64,000 nucleotides of DNA from Chloroflexota bacterium (GCA_963663275.1 OY760183.1:672001-736000); one strand, 5' to 3'; counted from the stretch's first letter, positions 35,052 to 48,334 are shown. The notes: generated from the sequence alone by a model not told the origin. Numbers and translations are program-made.

Positions 35052-36338
35052 GTGTACCTCACCGCGCTCTCGCTCACCAACTTCCGCAACTACCGCGCCG
35101 TTTCGCTGCCGCTGGCGCCGGGGCTGACGATCTTCACCGGGCCGAACGGCGCCGGCAAGTCGAACATCCTCGAAGCCGTCCACTGCCTGGCCACCGGCCG
35201 TTCCTACCGCGCCCGCGCCGAGGCGGAATTGCGCAGCATCGATCCGGATCCGGCGCGCCCCTATACCCGCGTGACCGGCGAGGTGGCGGCCGGCGACCAT
35301 GCCACCGCCCTGGAAGTAATCTGGGCCGCCGAGCAGGACCAAACGGCCGGCTTCAGCAAGCGCATCCGCGTGGGCGGCGCGCCCCGCCGCGCTTCCAGCC
35401 TCTTGCAACACCTGCACGTGGTGCTCTTTACGCCGCACGACATCGCCTTGGTGGACGGTTCGCCCAGCGGGCGCCGCCGCTACCTGGACTACCTGCTCAG
35501 CCGCATCGATCCCAGCTACCTCCGCGCCTTGCAGAGCTACGAGCACGTGATGGCGGAGCGGAACGCCCTGCTGCGCGCGCTGCGCGAGGGCACGACCCGC
35601 GACCGGCGGCAACTTGAAGCCTGGAACCAGGAACTGACCGCCCTGGGAGCGCCGGTGATTGCGCTGCGCCTGGCCTACGCGGCCCACGTGGCGGAACCGC
35701 TCGCCGCTCGCTACGCGGCGCTCACGGGAACCGGCGGCGACCGGCAGAGCGGAGTGTCGCACCAGCCCAGCACAGGACCGCAACCGCCCAGCACGGGATT
35801 GGAGCCGCCAAGCGCAGGGCCGCAACTGCGCGGCGCGGGACTGCAACTGCGCTACGATTCGAGCGTGCCGCTGCCGGAGACGCCGCCTGCCGCTGAATCG
35901 CTCCGCGTCAGCACGCTGCCCCAGGCGTGGCAGACGGAGATTCAGGCTGCCTTCGGCGCCGCACTTGCCGAGCACGCGCCCCGTGAGCAGGCGCAAGCCG
36001 TGACCGTGGTCGGCCCGCACCGTGACGACCTCACCTTCCTGCGCGGCGGCCATCCGCTGGCGGCCTTCGGCTCCCGCGGCGAGCAACGGCTGGCGGCCCT
36101 CACCCTCAAACTCACCGAGATAGACCTGCTCCACGCCGAATCCGGCGAGTGGCCGGTGATTCTGCTGGACGACTTCCTCTCCGAACTCGACGCCCAGCGC
36201 CGCGGCCACGTGCTGGCGTCGCTCGCGCCTACGGTGCAAGCGTTCGCCACCACCTCCGATCTCCAACAATTCACGCCGGAGGTGGTGGACGCGGCCCACA
36301 TCCTGCACGTGGCGAACAATACCGTCGCCGCCGGATAG
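35052..36338 (+). CDS. recF: DNA replication/repair protein RecF
   Basis: Motifs LTNFRNY, GPNGAGKSNILEA, GSPSGRRRYLD, GPHRDDL, GSRGEQR and LLDDFLSELD. Confidence 0.95.
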   Translation: MYLTALSLTNFRNYRAVSLPLAPGLTIFTGPNGAGKSNILEAVHCLATGRSYRARAEAELRSIDPDPARPYTRVTGEVAAGDHATALEVIWAAEQDQTAGFSKRIRVGGAPRRASSLLQHLHVVLFTPHDIALVDGSPSGRRRYLDYLLSRIDPSYLRALQSYEHVMAERNALLRALREGTTRDRRQLEAWNQELTALGAPVIALRLAYAAHVAEPLAARYAALTGTGGDRQSGVSHQPSTGPQPPSTGLEPPSAGPQLRGAGLQLRYDSSVPLPETPPAAESLRVSTLPQAWQTEIQAAFGAALAEHAPREQAQAVTVVGPHRDDLTFLRGGHPLAAFGSRGEQRLAALTLKLTEIDLLHAESGEWPVILLDDFLSELDAQRRGHVLASLAPTVQAFATTSDLQQFTPEVVDAAHILHVANNTVAAG

Positions 36339-36673
36339 TGATGTCAAGATGAGTAACAGGGATAGACCCTTAGGTAAACATCCAGGGCCCCGCGAGCGGA
36401 ACGCCACGCGCTTTCACCTTCACTCTACGCTTTGTCCCCAGCGGCGCGAACCGGAAAGCGCACAGCAACCTGTAGCAGCCGTTTTGCGTCACAAGCAAAG
36501 GCATTGTTGTCTACAGGCGGCTTGTCCTGCGCCAGGGAGCGATATAGACTGGTTGTAGAGGCAAGGCGCGCGGCTTGCCGGTGGTGAGAAGGAGGTACCT
36601 TCGATGAGACGGCTCGATTGCGTGTTCCTCTGTCCGAGACCGCTTGGCATTGCTCGCGGCCAGGCGGTGCATC

Positions 36674-37081
36674 ATTGAGAGAGAGTCAATCCTCAGCGTT
36701 CCATCCAGGACCAGAGTGTGGTACTTTGCCGCGTTCACAATTCTGGTTGCAATGGGAGCGCTTGGATACGCGCAAAACTGCAATGCCAATCTAACTGTGC
36801 TCATGTGCGCATGGGAAGGCATAAGCAAGAGTGTTGTTGCGGCAACGCCAATCGCGATTATTCTCGTAGAGATAGGAGCGTGGGCAGTGTGGAAATTCCC
36901 AAGTGAGCGGCTGTGGGAGAAGATCGAAGAGGGGAGAGCACGAGCGAGAAGGGAAGGCTTACAGCAAGGCCGCCAGGAAGGCCGGCAGGAAGCCATCCAG
37001 GAGCTTAGGAAAAAGGGCGTCGAAGTCCCTGACGACATGATTCCCGATGATCCCAAGCAGGACCAGCCCCCCTCTCAGTAG
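36674..37081 (+). CDS. Small two-TM membrane protein with a C-terminal (E/Q)GR repeat tail (paralog 1); proposed ATT start 36674, ORF track start TTG 36644
   Basis: Homologous to 39443-39850 (shared GAWAVWKFPSERL and EGRQEGRQ). Confidence 0.7.
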   Translation: MERESILSVPSRTRVWYFAAFTILVAMGALGYAQNCNANLTVLMCAWEGISKSVVAATPIAIILVEIGAWAVWKFPSERLWEKIEEGRARARREGLQQGRQEGRQEAIQELRKKGVEVPDDMIPDDPKQDQPPSQ

Positions 37082-37119
37082 CCAATACCCAAGCAGAAGT
37101 CCCGCGACACTTCCGTTGC

Positions 37120-37541
37120 GGGACTTTGCGTGCCGGGAGATGATATGCGCGTCGGCGTTCTTGCATCCCGACCTTGGCGTCATGAAGAGTGCCACGGAGG
37201 TGTTCGAAGACCTACTGGAGAGTGACGACGGTCATCCACAGATGGGGAAGGAAATGAAAGGCCACATCTTGGCGGCCGGGTTCGAGAACCTCCGGATGAC
37301 CGGCACGATCGACATCTACAGCATCCCCAAGGAAATCGCCTTCGTCCACGCGCTCTTTTCTGAATGGTTCCTGTCTCCCGAAATCGTGGAGCCAAGCCTG
37401 AAGTACGGAGCGACTACCCTGGAACTCAGCGAAAGAATACGCGCGGCCTTGGAGCAATGGAAGCACGATAGCGGGGCCGTTGCCGGCCTGTCGTTTGGCC
37501 AGGCGATAGCCAGCAAGCCCTATGGCTCCGGCCTTGATTGA
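37120..37541 (+). pseudogene. Probable C-terminal fragment of a SAM-dependent methyltransferase
   Basis: Protein-like frame (ACREMI...GHPQMGKEMK..ILAAGF...FGQAIASKP) with no motif I or clear start. The assignment is from recalled similarity. Confidence 0.45.
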
Positions 37542-37686
37542 CGTTCTCTATGGGGCAATGCGTTTGCTCGTCACACCCTGGCCACTGTGCAGGAGCAACC
37601 CCAGTCCACGAGATATAGCGCCGGCGGGTGTCCCCACGGGCGCCGCATTCCAGCGGACGGCAATTACAGAGATCCCTTTTCGCGGC

Positions 37687-37738
37687 ATACCAAAAGACGT
37701 AGGGGCACGACATGTCGTGCCCCTATGTCTTTTGGTAT
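37687..37738. repeat. Family A REP (37699-37726) with 12-bp locus-specific arms
   Basis: ATACCAAAAGAC-[REP, one C>T change]-GTCTTTTGGTAT. Confidence 0.9.
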
Positions 37739-37762
37739 ACTGTCCCGTGCCCCTGCGAGAGG

Positions 37763-38239
37763 TTACGGCGTGTACTCTCTGATAGCGGCATAGTTGCTCA
37801 GAATGGTGGAGGTAGCGGATTCCAGGATGCGCAGGTCTTCCGCGCTGATGCCCTCAACCAGTTTGACGTAGTATTCTTGCATGCGTTCGTGGAGGCGAAT
37901 CGTCAGGTCGCGGCCTTCGTCGGTCAGATTCAGCATAACCGTACGCCGGTCGCTGCGCAGGCGCCGCCGGCGCAGCAGTCCCAGGTTCACCAAAGTATTC
38001 ACAATGCGGCTAATGCGGGAAGCGTCCACGGGCAGCAGTCTCGCGAGTTCCGTCGCCGTACACTCTTGTCTCTTCATGCAGGCCCTGAGAAGGGAAAACT
38101 CAACGTGGGTAAGGTCGTAGGGTTCCACTTCCTCAGCCATCCCTTTGAAAACCGCAGTTTCCAGCCGCATCACACAAGCTTCCAAGTCTACCGGCAGGGA
38201 CTCAGCGCGCTCTGTGGGAGGTTGACTAGATTCTGCCAT
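37763..38239 (-). CDS. MarR family transcriptional regulator
   Basis: LTHVEFSLL...TATELARLL...ISRIVNTLV...SDRRTVMLNLTDEG. Confidence 0.9.
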   Translation of the reverse strand: MAESSQPPTERAESLPVDLEACVMRLETAVFKGMAEEVEPYDLTHVEFSLLRACMKRQECTATELARLLPVDASRISRIVNTLVNLGLLRRRRLRSDRRTVMLNLTDEGRDLTIRLHERMQEYYVKLVEGISAEDLRILESATSTILSNYAAIREYTP

Positions 38240-38488
38240 GATCAATTCCCCTGCGATTGCCTAAACGGTTGGTGCGACGGCAGCCAACGCTCGAACAATA
38301 AACCCTAGTCGAAAATAATCCATACATAAAACCGTTCGCACCAAGCTATGCACTGATTATAGCATCTAATAAATGTTGCTGTACACCACTTCAACCCACT
38401 TTCTGCGCGGCTTTAATCGAAGTGCGGGCACGTTTGGCCCCAATTGCGGCTGCCGGCGCGCTTTGGCCGCCGGCGGGGGCGCTCGCGG

Positions 38489-39232
38489 CTAGGCAATTCC
38501 CCCAAGCAGTTCCAGGATGTTGCCGCCCATGACTCTGGCGTAGTCCGCCGCCGGAAACTCCCAGACCCGCACCTTGGCCATTTCGGGCAGGGGCGGATTG
38601 TAGTCGCCGCCGCCGTCGGAGCCCCAGATGAGCTTGCCCGCGCCCAGCGCGTGGTAGGCCTCGCGGATCATCCACGGACCGCTGGTGAAGGACGTGTCGA
38701 GCCAGACGTTGTCGTGGCGCTTGGCCACGTCGAAGAAGCGCCAGTTCATCGCCTGGTCGCTGCTGGAGCCCAGGTGGGGAATGATCAGCTTGGCCTGCGG
38801 CACGGCGGCCGCCCAACGGTCGGGAAACTCCGGCCGGCCGGCGCAGCAGAGCACAATCGGCAGGTCGTAGCCCGCGCCCAATTCCAGAACAGGCAGGAAG
38901 AGCGCGTCGGTAATCTCGCCTTTCACCTCGCCAAAGTGCAGTTTCAGGCCGCGAAAGCCCCAGTCTTCCACCGCCCGGCGCACGGCGTCCAGGCCCACCG
39001 CGCCTTCCTCCGGCACCATGTGGGCATACGGTATCAGCCGTTCCTCCCGGCCGCGCACGGCCCGGCGGGTCATCTCGTTCGATTCCCGGCTGGGCAGGCA
39101 GATGCTGAACACGCACGACTTGTCCACTCCGGCCTGGTCCATGTAGCGGATCGTATCGTCGGGATCCAATTCGCGGCGGTACGCGTCGCCGCCTTTGACA
39201 TGGACGTGGGCGTCGATGATCATGCGCGCCAT
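38489..39232 (-). CDS. Amidohydrolase_2 family protein
   Basis: Motifs IIDAHVH, FRGLKLH, IIPHLG, WLDTS and LIWGSD. Confidence 0.9.
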   Translation of the reverse strand: MARMIIDAHVHVKGGDAYRRELDPDDTIRYMDQAGVDKSCVFSICLPSRESNEMTRRAVRGREERLIPYAHMVPEEGAVGLDAVRRAVEDWGFRGLKLHFGEVKGEITDALFLPVLELGAGYDLPIVLCCAGRPEFPDRWAAAVPQAKLIIPHLGSSSDQAMNWRFFDVAKRHDNVWLDTSFTSGPWMIREAYHALGAGKLIWGSDGGGDYNPPLPEMAKVRVWEFPAADYARVMGGNILELLGGIA

Positions 39233-39442
39233 TCCTCTCTATCTGACTCGCCGGAGTTCCCTAACAGTAGACCATGTAGGACAGTACCATCTTGAGGCGC
39301 TCTTTGACACTCTCATATATAATGAATGCACATGGCTGGGGCGGTCTAGGCCGGTTTCACTTCTGAGGAGATAGGGAGATGCAACAGTTCGCTTTTGGCT
39401 GTTTCAGGCCGCCTGGCACGTGGCCTGGCCAGGCGGTGAGTC

Positions 39443-39850
39443 ATTGCTGAGCGAGAATCGATCCTCAGCGTTCCTTCGCATACAAGGGTGTGGTATTTTG
39501 GCATCTTCGTTGCATTAGTTGGAATTGGCGCATGGGACAACCTGATGCAATGCGGAGGCTGGAGCATCGAGCTAGTGGCTTGCCTGTGGCAGGGGGTTAG
39601 CGAGAACGTCATTGCAGCCACACCAGTTTCAATTATGCTAACAGAATTAGGAGCATGGGCAGTGTGGAAATTTCCAAGTGAGCGGCTAGCCGAGAAGATT
39701 GCCGACACGAGGAAGAGGATACGAGAGGAAGGTCGGCAAGAAGGTCGGCAAGCAACAATCCAGGAACTCAGGGACAAGGGCGTTGAGCTTCCTGCCGATA
39801 TGGAAGCCAAGGAGCCTGAGCCTGATAAACCGGATCAGTCGTCCGGTTGA
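39443..39850 (+). CDS. Small two-TM membrane protein (paralog 2); proposed ATT start 39443, ORF track start GTG 39488
   Basis: Coding-type conservation with paralog 1 extends upstream of 39488 (ERESILSVPSxTRVWYF). Confidence 0.7.
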   Translation: MAERESILSVPSHTRVWYFGIFVALVGIGAWDNLMQCGGWSIELVACLWQGVSENVIAATPVSIMLTELGAWAVWKFPSERLAEKIADTRKRIREEGRQEGRQATIQELRDKGVELPADMEAKEPEPDKPDQSSG

Positions 39851-39863
39851 CCAACGGACCGTG

Positions 39864-39895
39864 AAGCCCCCGCCGCGCGCGGGGGCTTTACTTTT
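39864..39895 (+). terminator. Intrinsic terminator
   Basis: 10-bp stem AAGCCCCCGC/GCGGGGGCTT followed by TACTTTT, 14 bp after the stop codon. Confidence 0.65.
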
Positions 39896-39947
39896 GCCGC
39901 GTGCCGCCGCAAGCGGCGCCCCGCGCAAAGAGGCGGCAAGAATCCCC

Positions 39948-40108
39948 CTGACAAGGGTATGTAAATGTCATTCCGAGCGGAGCGAGGAATCTAAAGCTGC
40001 TGATTTTGCAGGGCTGCGCTCTAGATTCCGCGAACAGGGTTCGACACTTCGCTGCGCTCCGTTCGGAATGACACGTGAAGTCGATTGTGGAACACATACC
40101 CGTGTTAG
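39948..40108 (+). mobile_element. About 160-bp MITE (CTGACARGGGTA ends) carrying inverted TGTCATTCCGAGCG...GGAATCT repeats (family G)
   Basis: Reverse-orientation homolog of 61555-61713. Confidence 0.7.
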
Positions 40109-40179
40109 CCAGGAGAGGGAGACTGTACGCGGCCGCGGGCGCTCCCGCGTGCGGAGCCAGGGCAGGATGGGGCGCGCAA

Positions 40180-40188
40180 TGGTATAAT
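40180..40188 (+). promoter_or_regulatory. Extended -10 promoter element upstream of moaC
   Basis: TGGTATAAT (TGn + TATAAT) about 40 bp before the start, in GC-rich surroundings. Confidence 0.5.
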
Positions 40189-40228
40189 GGAATAAGCCCC
40201 CCGCACAAGGCAACGAGGCGATTCTGTC

Positions 40229-40789
<561 letters not shown>

Positions 40790-40914
40790 GGGCGTTTGGC
40801 CGGCCCGCGCGCGGTGGACTTGACGCGGATTCATCCCTTACCGCAACGATATGGCGCGTTCTTGGCGTAACGCCGCCCACGCTTGCGCTATGAGCCTGAC
40901 CGCAAGGAGAGAGA

Positions 40915-43413
<2,499 letters not shown>

Positions 43414-43454
43414 CGCCGCTGCGCATGGCGCCCGCGGAGAGAGAGTTTGCCCTG

Positions 43455-43606
43455 GCGGGGGACAAGCCCTAATGTTGTCGCATTAGGCGCAATGCGAATG
43501 AAGACTACGATCATTTTTCCGGTAGCGCAGGTTTGTAACCTGCGTCCGCTGTCGTCATGTCAAGCACAAGCGGAAACCGGAGGCGGGGGACAAGCCCCCG
43601 CGCTAC
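43455..43606 (+). mobile_element. Truncated 177-bp-type MITE (left end at 43470) inserted in a family C REP
   Basis: GCGGGGGACAAGCCC followed by TAATGTTGTCGCATT. Internal family E REP at 43522 and family C REP at 43583. No right end. Confidence 0.7.
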
Positions 43607-43724
43607 GTGCCGTTCCCGGCGCGTGTGGGGAGAGGCTTGGCCCCGTTTCCATTGACAGAGTCCGCCGATTGCGGCAGTATGCGACTACTGATGAGTAACT
43701 TGTGGGAAGGAAGACAGCGTCCCC

Positions 43725-44402
43725 ATGGCGAGAGCAAGAGCGAAGAAACGCAAGTCGCAGAGCCGGCGAACCTCAGGCCGCGCCTTGCGGAAGTGGATCA
43801 TTCCGGCGGTGGTCGTGCTGGGCGTGCTGGCGCTGGTTGTGCCCACCGTCCTGCCCGGCCTCGTCGGCACGGGCGAGCCCACCGGCAGCAGCAGCGCCTT
43901 GCCGACGGACGACCAAGGCGAGTCCCAACAGCGCGGGATCCTGGAAAGCGGCGCCACGCCCCCCGGCTTCGAGTTGGAGGATATCGAAGGCAATACGATA
44001 AGCCTGGAGTCGCTGGAAGGCAAGCCGGTGCTCATCGCCTTCTTCGCTCCCTGGTGCCCCCACTGCCAGGATGAAGCGCCCCGCCTGGTGCAGATCCATG
44101 AACAATACGGCGACCGCGTGCACGTCGTCAGCATCAGCGCTACACCGTACGGCAAGGACTACTCGCCCAACAACCGGGACAGAATCACGCTGGACGACCT
44201 CAAGTGGTTCAGAGATGAGTTCGGCATCACCTATCCGCTGCTCTTCGACCCCAGCGTTCAGGTCGGTACCGCGTATCAAATCAACCGGTTCCCCACAACC
44301 TATTTTCTGGATGCGCAACACCGGGTGGTGGAGGTGTTCGAGGGCGGGAGAGAACTTGCCGAATTCCAGCGGGTGCTGGATGAGATACTCGGCGGGCAGT
44401 AG
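43725..44402 (+). CDS. TlpA/ResA-like thiol-disulfide oxidoreductase
   Basis: N-terminal TM segment, FFAPWCPHC and FPTTYFLD. Confidence 0.9.
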   Translation: MARARAKKRKSQSRRTSGRALRKWIIPAVVVLGVLALVVPTVLPGLVGTGEPTGSSSALPTDDQGESQQRGILESGATPPGFELEDIEGNTISLESLEGKPVLIAFFAPWCPHCQDEAPRLVQIHEQYGDRVHVVSISATPYGKDYSPNNRDRITLDDLKWFRDEFGITYPLLFDPSVQVGTAYQINRFPTTYFLDAQHRVVEVFEGGRELAEFQRVLDEILGGQ

Positions 44403-44597
44403 CGAACCGCTTGCAAAGCGGAAACCGTCATTGCGCTACCGGCGCGCATCGAAACTCCCTCTCCCTGGTGAGGCCTGTGCGTAACCTCGCCGGCCCGCAT
44501 CGAAGCTCCCTCTCCCCCAGGGAGAGGGCCGGGGTGAGGGGGATTTCCTGCGCCTGCCGCTTGGCGCTAAACGGAGCGCCCCCAGAGGAAATGGGCA

Positions 44598-44969
44598 TCA
44601 GCCGCGTTTGCGGGTGATCTCCACGCCCGGCATACCGGAACGCCCCGTAGAAGGAAAGAGCGCCGGCTTGCCCACCCGCACGCGCACCGCCGCGCACGCG
44701 GGAAAATCCTTCAGCACCGCCGCCGCGATGCGCTCCGCCAGGTGTTCCAGCAGCGCGCACCGGACGCTCTCCACCACGGCCACAACCCGGTTGTAGACCG
44801 CCGCGTAGTCGAGCGTATCCTCGATGGCGTCGCTCTCGCCCGCGCGGCGCAGGTCGCAACGCAAGGCAAGGTCGAAGCGCAACACCTGCGGGGTGTCCCG
44901 CTCCTCCGCCGTTACCCCAACGCGCGCCGCCGCGCGCATGCCCTCTATGAAAATGGAATCTTCTGCCAC
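44598..44969 (-). CDS. folB: Dihydroneopterin aldolase
   Basis: IFIEGM...VGVTAEER..PQ, SDAIEDTLDYA, LLEHLAERIA, VRVGKP and GVEITR. GTG start chosen by homology. Confidence 0.85.
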   Translation of the reverse strand: MAEDSIFIEGMRAAARVGVTAEERDTPQVLRFDLALRCDLRRAGESDAIEDTLDYAAVYNRVVAVVESVRCALLEHLAERIAAAVLKDFPACAAVRVRVGKPALFPSTGRSGMPGVEITRKRG

Positions 44970-45203
44970 GCGCGCCCGCCTATACCGGTGTGTTCCGGCC
45001 TTTCCTGAGAGCGTGAGACACCCGCGCCCTACTTTTCCCACATCTTCCGGTAGCGCAGGTTTGCAACCTGCGTACGGCGTCAACCGTAGCGGTTCTTGCC
45101 CCCGCCGTCGCAGGCGCAGTCCGCTTTGTACCCAATCTATCTGCCCAGTATACTGGGCACGGACGAGTAGGGTAAGGCAAAACGAGGGTGAGGTGATGAG
45201 CAA

Positions 45204-46196
45204 GTGAATCCAATTCGCTGCGCTGTGCTTGGCACGGGGCATTCACACGCGCTGGGCAAGCTGGACGTGCTGCGCAATTTCCCCGAGTGGGAACTGGTCG
45301 GCGTCTGCGAGCCGGACGCGGCCTGGCGCGAGCGGCGGCAGCAGGAAGACAACTGGCAAGGTGTCGCGTGGCTGGAAGAAGCGGACATTCTTGAAGACCC
45401 CACCATCCGGATGATCGCGGTCGAGAGCGAGGTGCCCCAGTTGCTGCCGCTGGCGGAGCACGCCATCGACGCCGGCAAGCACATCCATCTCGATAAACCG
45501 GCGGGTACCGACCTCGCCAGGTGGCGGACGCTGCTCGACAAGGCCGCGGGGCAGGAACTCATCATCCAGATGGGCTACATGTTCCGCTACAATCCCGGCT
45601 TCAACCTGGTGCGGCGGGCCGTGCGCGAGGGCTGGCTGGGCGATGTCCACTACGTGCGCGGCGGCATCAACTCCGCCAGCGATCCCGCCACCCGCGAGCG
45701 GCTGTCGCACTATCCCGGCGGCATCATGCTGGAACTGGGCTGCCACCTGCTCGACATGATCACACTGGTAATGGGCCGGCCGGAGAAGGTCACGCCCTTC
45801 CTGCGCCACGACGGACGCTCTTACGACGTTGCCATGTCGGATAACACCGTGGCCGTGTTGGAATACGGGCAGGCGGTGGGTATCATCGAGAGTTCGCTCC
45901 TGGAGCAAGGCTCGCAGGACCGGCGGCACTTCGCCGTCTGCGGCAGCCAGGGCAGCATTGTCCTGACGCCGCTAGAGCCGCCGGCCGGACGCCTCTTCCT
46001 CAATGAGCCCCGCGGCGGTTTCCAGGCCGGCTGGCAGGACGTGCCGTTCGAAAACATCCCCCGCTACGAGCGCGACCTGGTGGAACTGGCCGCCTGCATC
46101 CGCGGCGAGATGGAGTTTCCTTATTCCAAAGAGCACGACTACATCACACAGGAGACCGTCCTGCGCGCCTGCGGGAGCACAGACGATTCAGCGTAG
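45204..46196 (+). CDS. Gfo/Idh/MocA oxidoreductase
   Basis: Motifs GTGHSHA, HIHLDKPAG, GYMFRYNP and ELGCHLLD. Confidence 0.9.
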   Translation: MNPIRCAVLGTGHSHALGKLDVLRNFPEWELVGVCEPDAAWRERRQQEDNWQGVAWLEEADILEDPTIRMIAVESEVPQLLPLAEHAIDAGKHIHLDKPAGTDLARWRTLLDKAAGQELIIQMGYMFRYNPGFNLVRRAVREGWLGDVHYVRGGINSASDPATRERLSHYPGGIMLELGCHLLDMITLVMGRPEKVTPFLRHDGRSYDVAMSDNTVAVLEYGQAVGIIESSLLEQGSQDRRHFAVCGSQGSIVLTPLEPPAGRLFLNEPRGGFQAGWQDVPFENIPRYERDLVELAACIRGEMEFPYSKEHDYITQETVLRACGSTDDSA

Positions 46197-46258
46197 AATG
46201 CCTGTATTCTCCGTCGTGCGTCTCGGGCATGTCTTGATACAACCCAGAGAGCAATGCT

Positions 46259-47149
46259 ATGCCCGTCGTCGAGCGGCAGGTTACCGTAAATGGGATTTCC
46301 CTGTGGACGGCGTCGCAGGGCAGCGGCCCGCCGGTTGTGCTCTGTCACGGTGGACCGGGGGCGTACGACAACCTGGAACCCGTCGCCGCCATGATCGATG
46401 ATATTGCCGCCGTTCACCGGTACGACCAGCGCGGGTGCGGCCGCTCACAGGATAGAGGGCCTTTCAACGCGGCGACCTTCGTTGCCGATCTCGATGCCCT
46501 GCGCGCACACTGGGGCTACGAGACGTGGACAGTCATCGGTCACTCTTGGGGTGCGGAGCTCGTTCTCCTGTACCCCATCGAGCACCCCCGGCGCATCAGC
46601 CGCCTGGTGTACATTTCCGGTACGGGAATCGATCCCGCCTGGCGCCAGGAATATCGCAAGAACCGTGAAGCGAAACTGCCTGCCGGCGAACGCGAGCGCT
46701 TCCGCTACCTTAGTGCAAGACGACATACCGCTTCGGGGGCTGAACTAGCGTGCATCAATCGAGAGCGTGCCGCCTTGCTTGCAACGACGGAGTACTATGA
46801 CGCGACCAAGTTCGACGATCTTCCCCGGCATGACCGGTTCCCGTTCAACTACACGCTGAACGCCGTCATGAATGACGAGTCGAAGCGCCTGGAGGAAACG
46901 GGAGAACGCCCGGTACAGGTCCGCAGGATCATGGCGCCCACGCTCATCTTGGACGGCGAGGCGGACCCGAGGCCGCGGTGGGCGCGCGCCCACGTCGCCC
47001 AATTGATACCGAACAGCCGCCACGTGACCGTGCCGCGGGCCGGACACGAGCCGTGGATCGAGCAGCCGGAAGCCACGGCGCGCGCCCTGCGGGAGTTTCT
47101 CACGGAGACCCATACCGACGACGAAGAAAGAATCATTGGCCTCAATTGA
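46259..47149 (+). CDS. Alpha/beta hydrolase (proline iminopeptidase-like)
   Basis: Motifs CHGGPG, YDQRGCGRS, GHSWG and AGHEPWIE. Confidence 0.85.
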   Translation: MPVVERQVTVNGISLWTASQGSGPPVVLCHGGPGAYDNLEPVAAMIDDIAAVHRYDQRGCGRSQDRGPFNAATFVADLDALRAHWGYETWTVIGHSWGAELVLLYPIEHPRRISRLVYISGTGIDPAWRQEYRKNREAKLPAGERERFRYLSARRHTASGAELACINRERAALLATTEYYDATKFDDLPRHDRFPFNYTLNAVMNDESKRLEETGERPVQVRRIMAPTLILDGEADPRPRWARAHVAQLIPNSRHVTVPRAGHEPWIEQPEATARALREFLTETHTDDEERIIGLN

Positions 47150-47196
47150 GTCTTGCGCAAGACCGGCAAGCCGCTTGCAAGCAAAGGAGATTTGCG

Positions 47197-48240
47197 GTGA
47201 ACGACCAGCTTGAGATCCGAGTAGACATTGCTCCCTGGAAGCACGACGCCCAGCTCGTCTACTCCATGACCTACGACGAAGGCACCATCGACGCCATTTG
47301 CAACTCGTTTCCCATCCACGAGGAGCACGACATTCCGGGGCACGTCTGCACCGTGAGCGGACACCTGGGACAGCAGCGCCTGGTGCGCGGCACCTCCATG
47401 CGCGAAGTGTTCTACATGAACCCGGAACAACTGCGCTTCTTAATCAACAAAGGCTGGACGATCAGCAGCCACTCCCACACCCACGTGCCCACCGACCAGG
47501 ACGGCATCGACCTGGACCTGGAAGTGCGCCTGAGCAAGTGGGAACTGGAGAAGGCCACCGGCGCGCCGGTGCGGCTCTTTGCTTATTGGGGCAACCTGCG
47601 CATCGCCGACAAGATCCTGCCTGTGGCGCAGGCAGCGGGGTATCAAGGCATGCTCAGCATCGGCAACCCCTGGAATACGGCCGACTACGACGTATGGGAT
47701 ATCATGCGCCACACCATCGGACGCGACATGGAGGGCTGGCTCCAAGAGCCGACGGTCTCAACCTACCGCCACTCGCGTGATGCTTTTCTGAATGAACTCA
47801 CGCAAGAGAATACGCGCGGTAATTGGCTGGTGGACATATCGCACATCGTGGTCGACCGCCTGCCCAAGGCGAACGGTCCCAGCCTCTGGAACCGCTGCAT
47901 GACGCCCGCTATCCTGGACGCCCGCCTGCGCGAGGTGCGCGCGCTCTGGGGCAACGACCTGTGGGCAACGGTCCCCGAAGAGGTGGTGGAATACACGCTC
48001 CTGCGCCGCGCCGCCGCGCTCACCGTCACCCCAAACGGCGCCGGCCGCGCCACCTGCACGGTCAACCTGAACGGCCTCCGGGACGACGTGACCGCCCGCG
48101 AACTGACCTTCCGCGCCCAAACTCCCTGGCGTAACGCCACAGTCAACGGCGGCGCGATTCCGGCACAAATGAAAGACGGCACGCTGACCTGGACCGCGGC
48201 GGTGACGGACGGCACGGCGTTCGTGCTCAGCGCGGGCTGA
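47197..48240 (+). CDS. Polysaccharide deacetylase (NodB-like) domain protein
   Basis: Motifs SMTYDEG, GWTISSHSHTH and LFAY. AAGGAG before GTG 47197. Confidence 0.75.
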   Translation: MNDQLEIRVDIAPWKHDAQLVYSMTYDEGTIDAICNSFPIHEEHDIPGHVCTVSGHLGQQRLVRGTSMREVFYMNPEQLRFLINKGWTISSHSHTHVPTDQDGIDLDLEVRLSKWELEKATGAPVRLFAYWGNLRIADKILPVAQAAGYQGMLSIGNPWNTADYDVWDIMRHTIGRDMEGWLQEPTVSTYRHSRDAFLNELTQENTRGNWLVDISHIVVDRLPKANGPSLWNRCMTPAILDARLREVRALWGNDLWATVPEEVVEYTLLRRAAALTVTPNGAGRATCTVNLNGLRDDVTARELTFRAQTPWRNATVNGGAIPAQMKDGTLTWTAAVTDGTAFVLSAG

Positions 48241-48334
48241 AAACTACACGAGAATCCTAAGGAAAGCCCGACTTTGCGCTGAAAGAGAGCCGCACCCCGT
48301 TCCGTCGTTCCCGTTTGCGCGGCGATCCATCCGC

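Noticed and set aside
39437-39439. Selenocysteine TGA aligned with the TGC (Cys) codon of the paralog
   Set aside because: The position lies in the SD/stem region, upstream similarity is explained by the hairpin, and no SECIS-like structure is evident. An ATT start is the simpler explanation.
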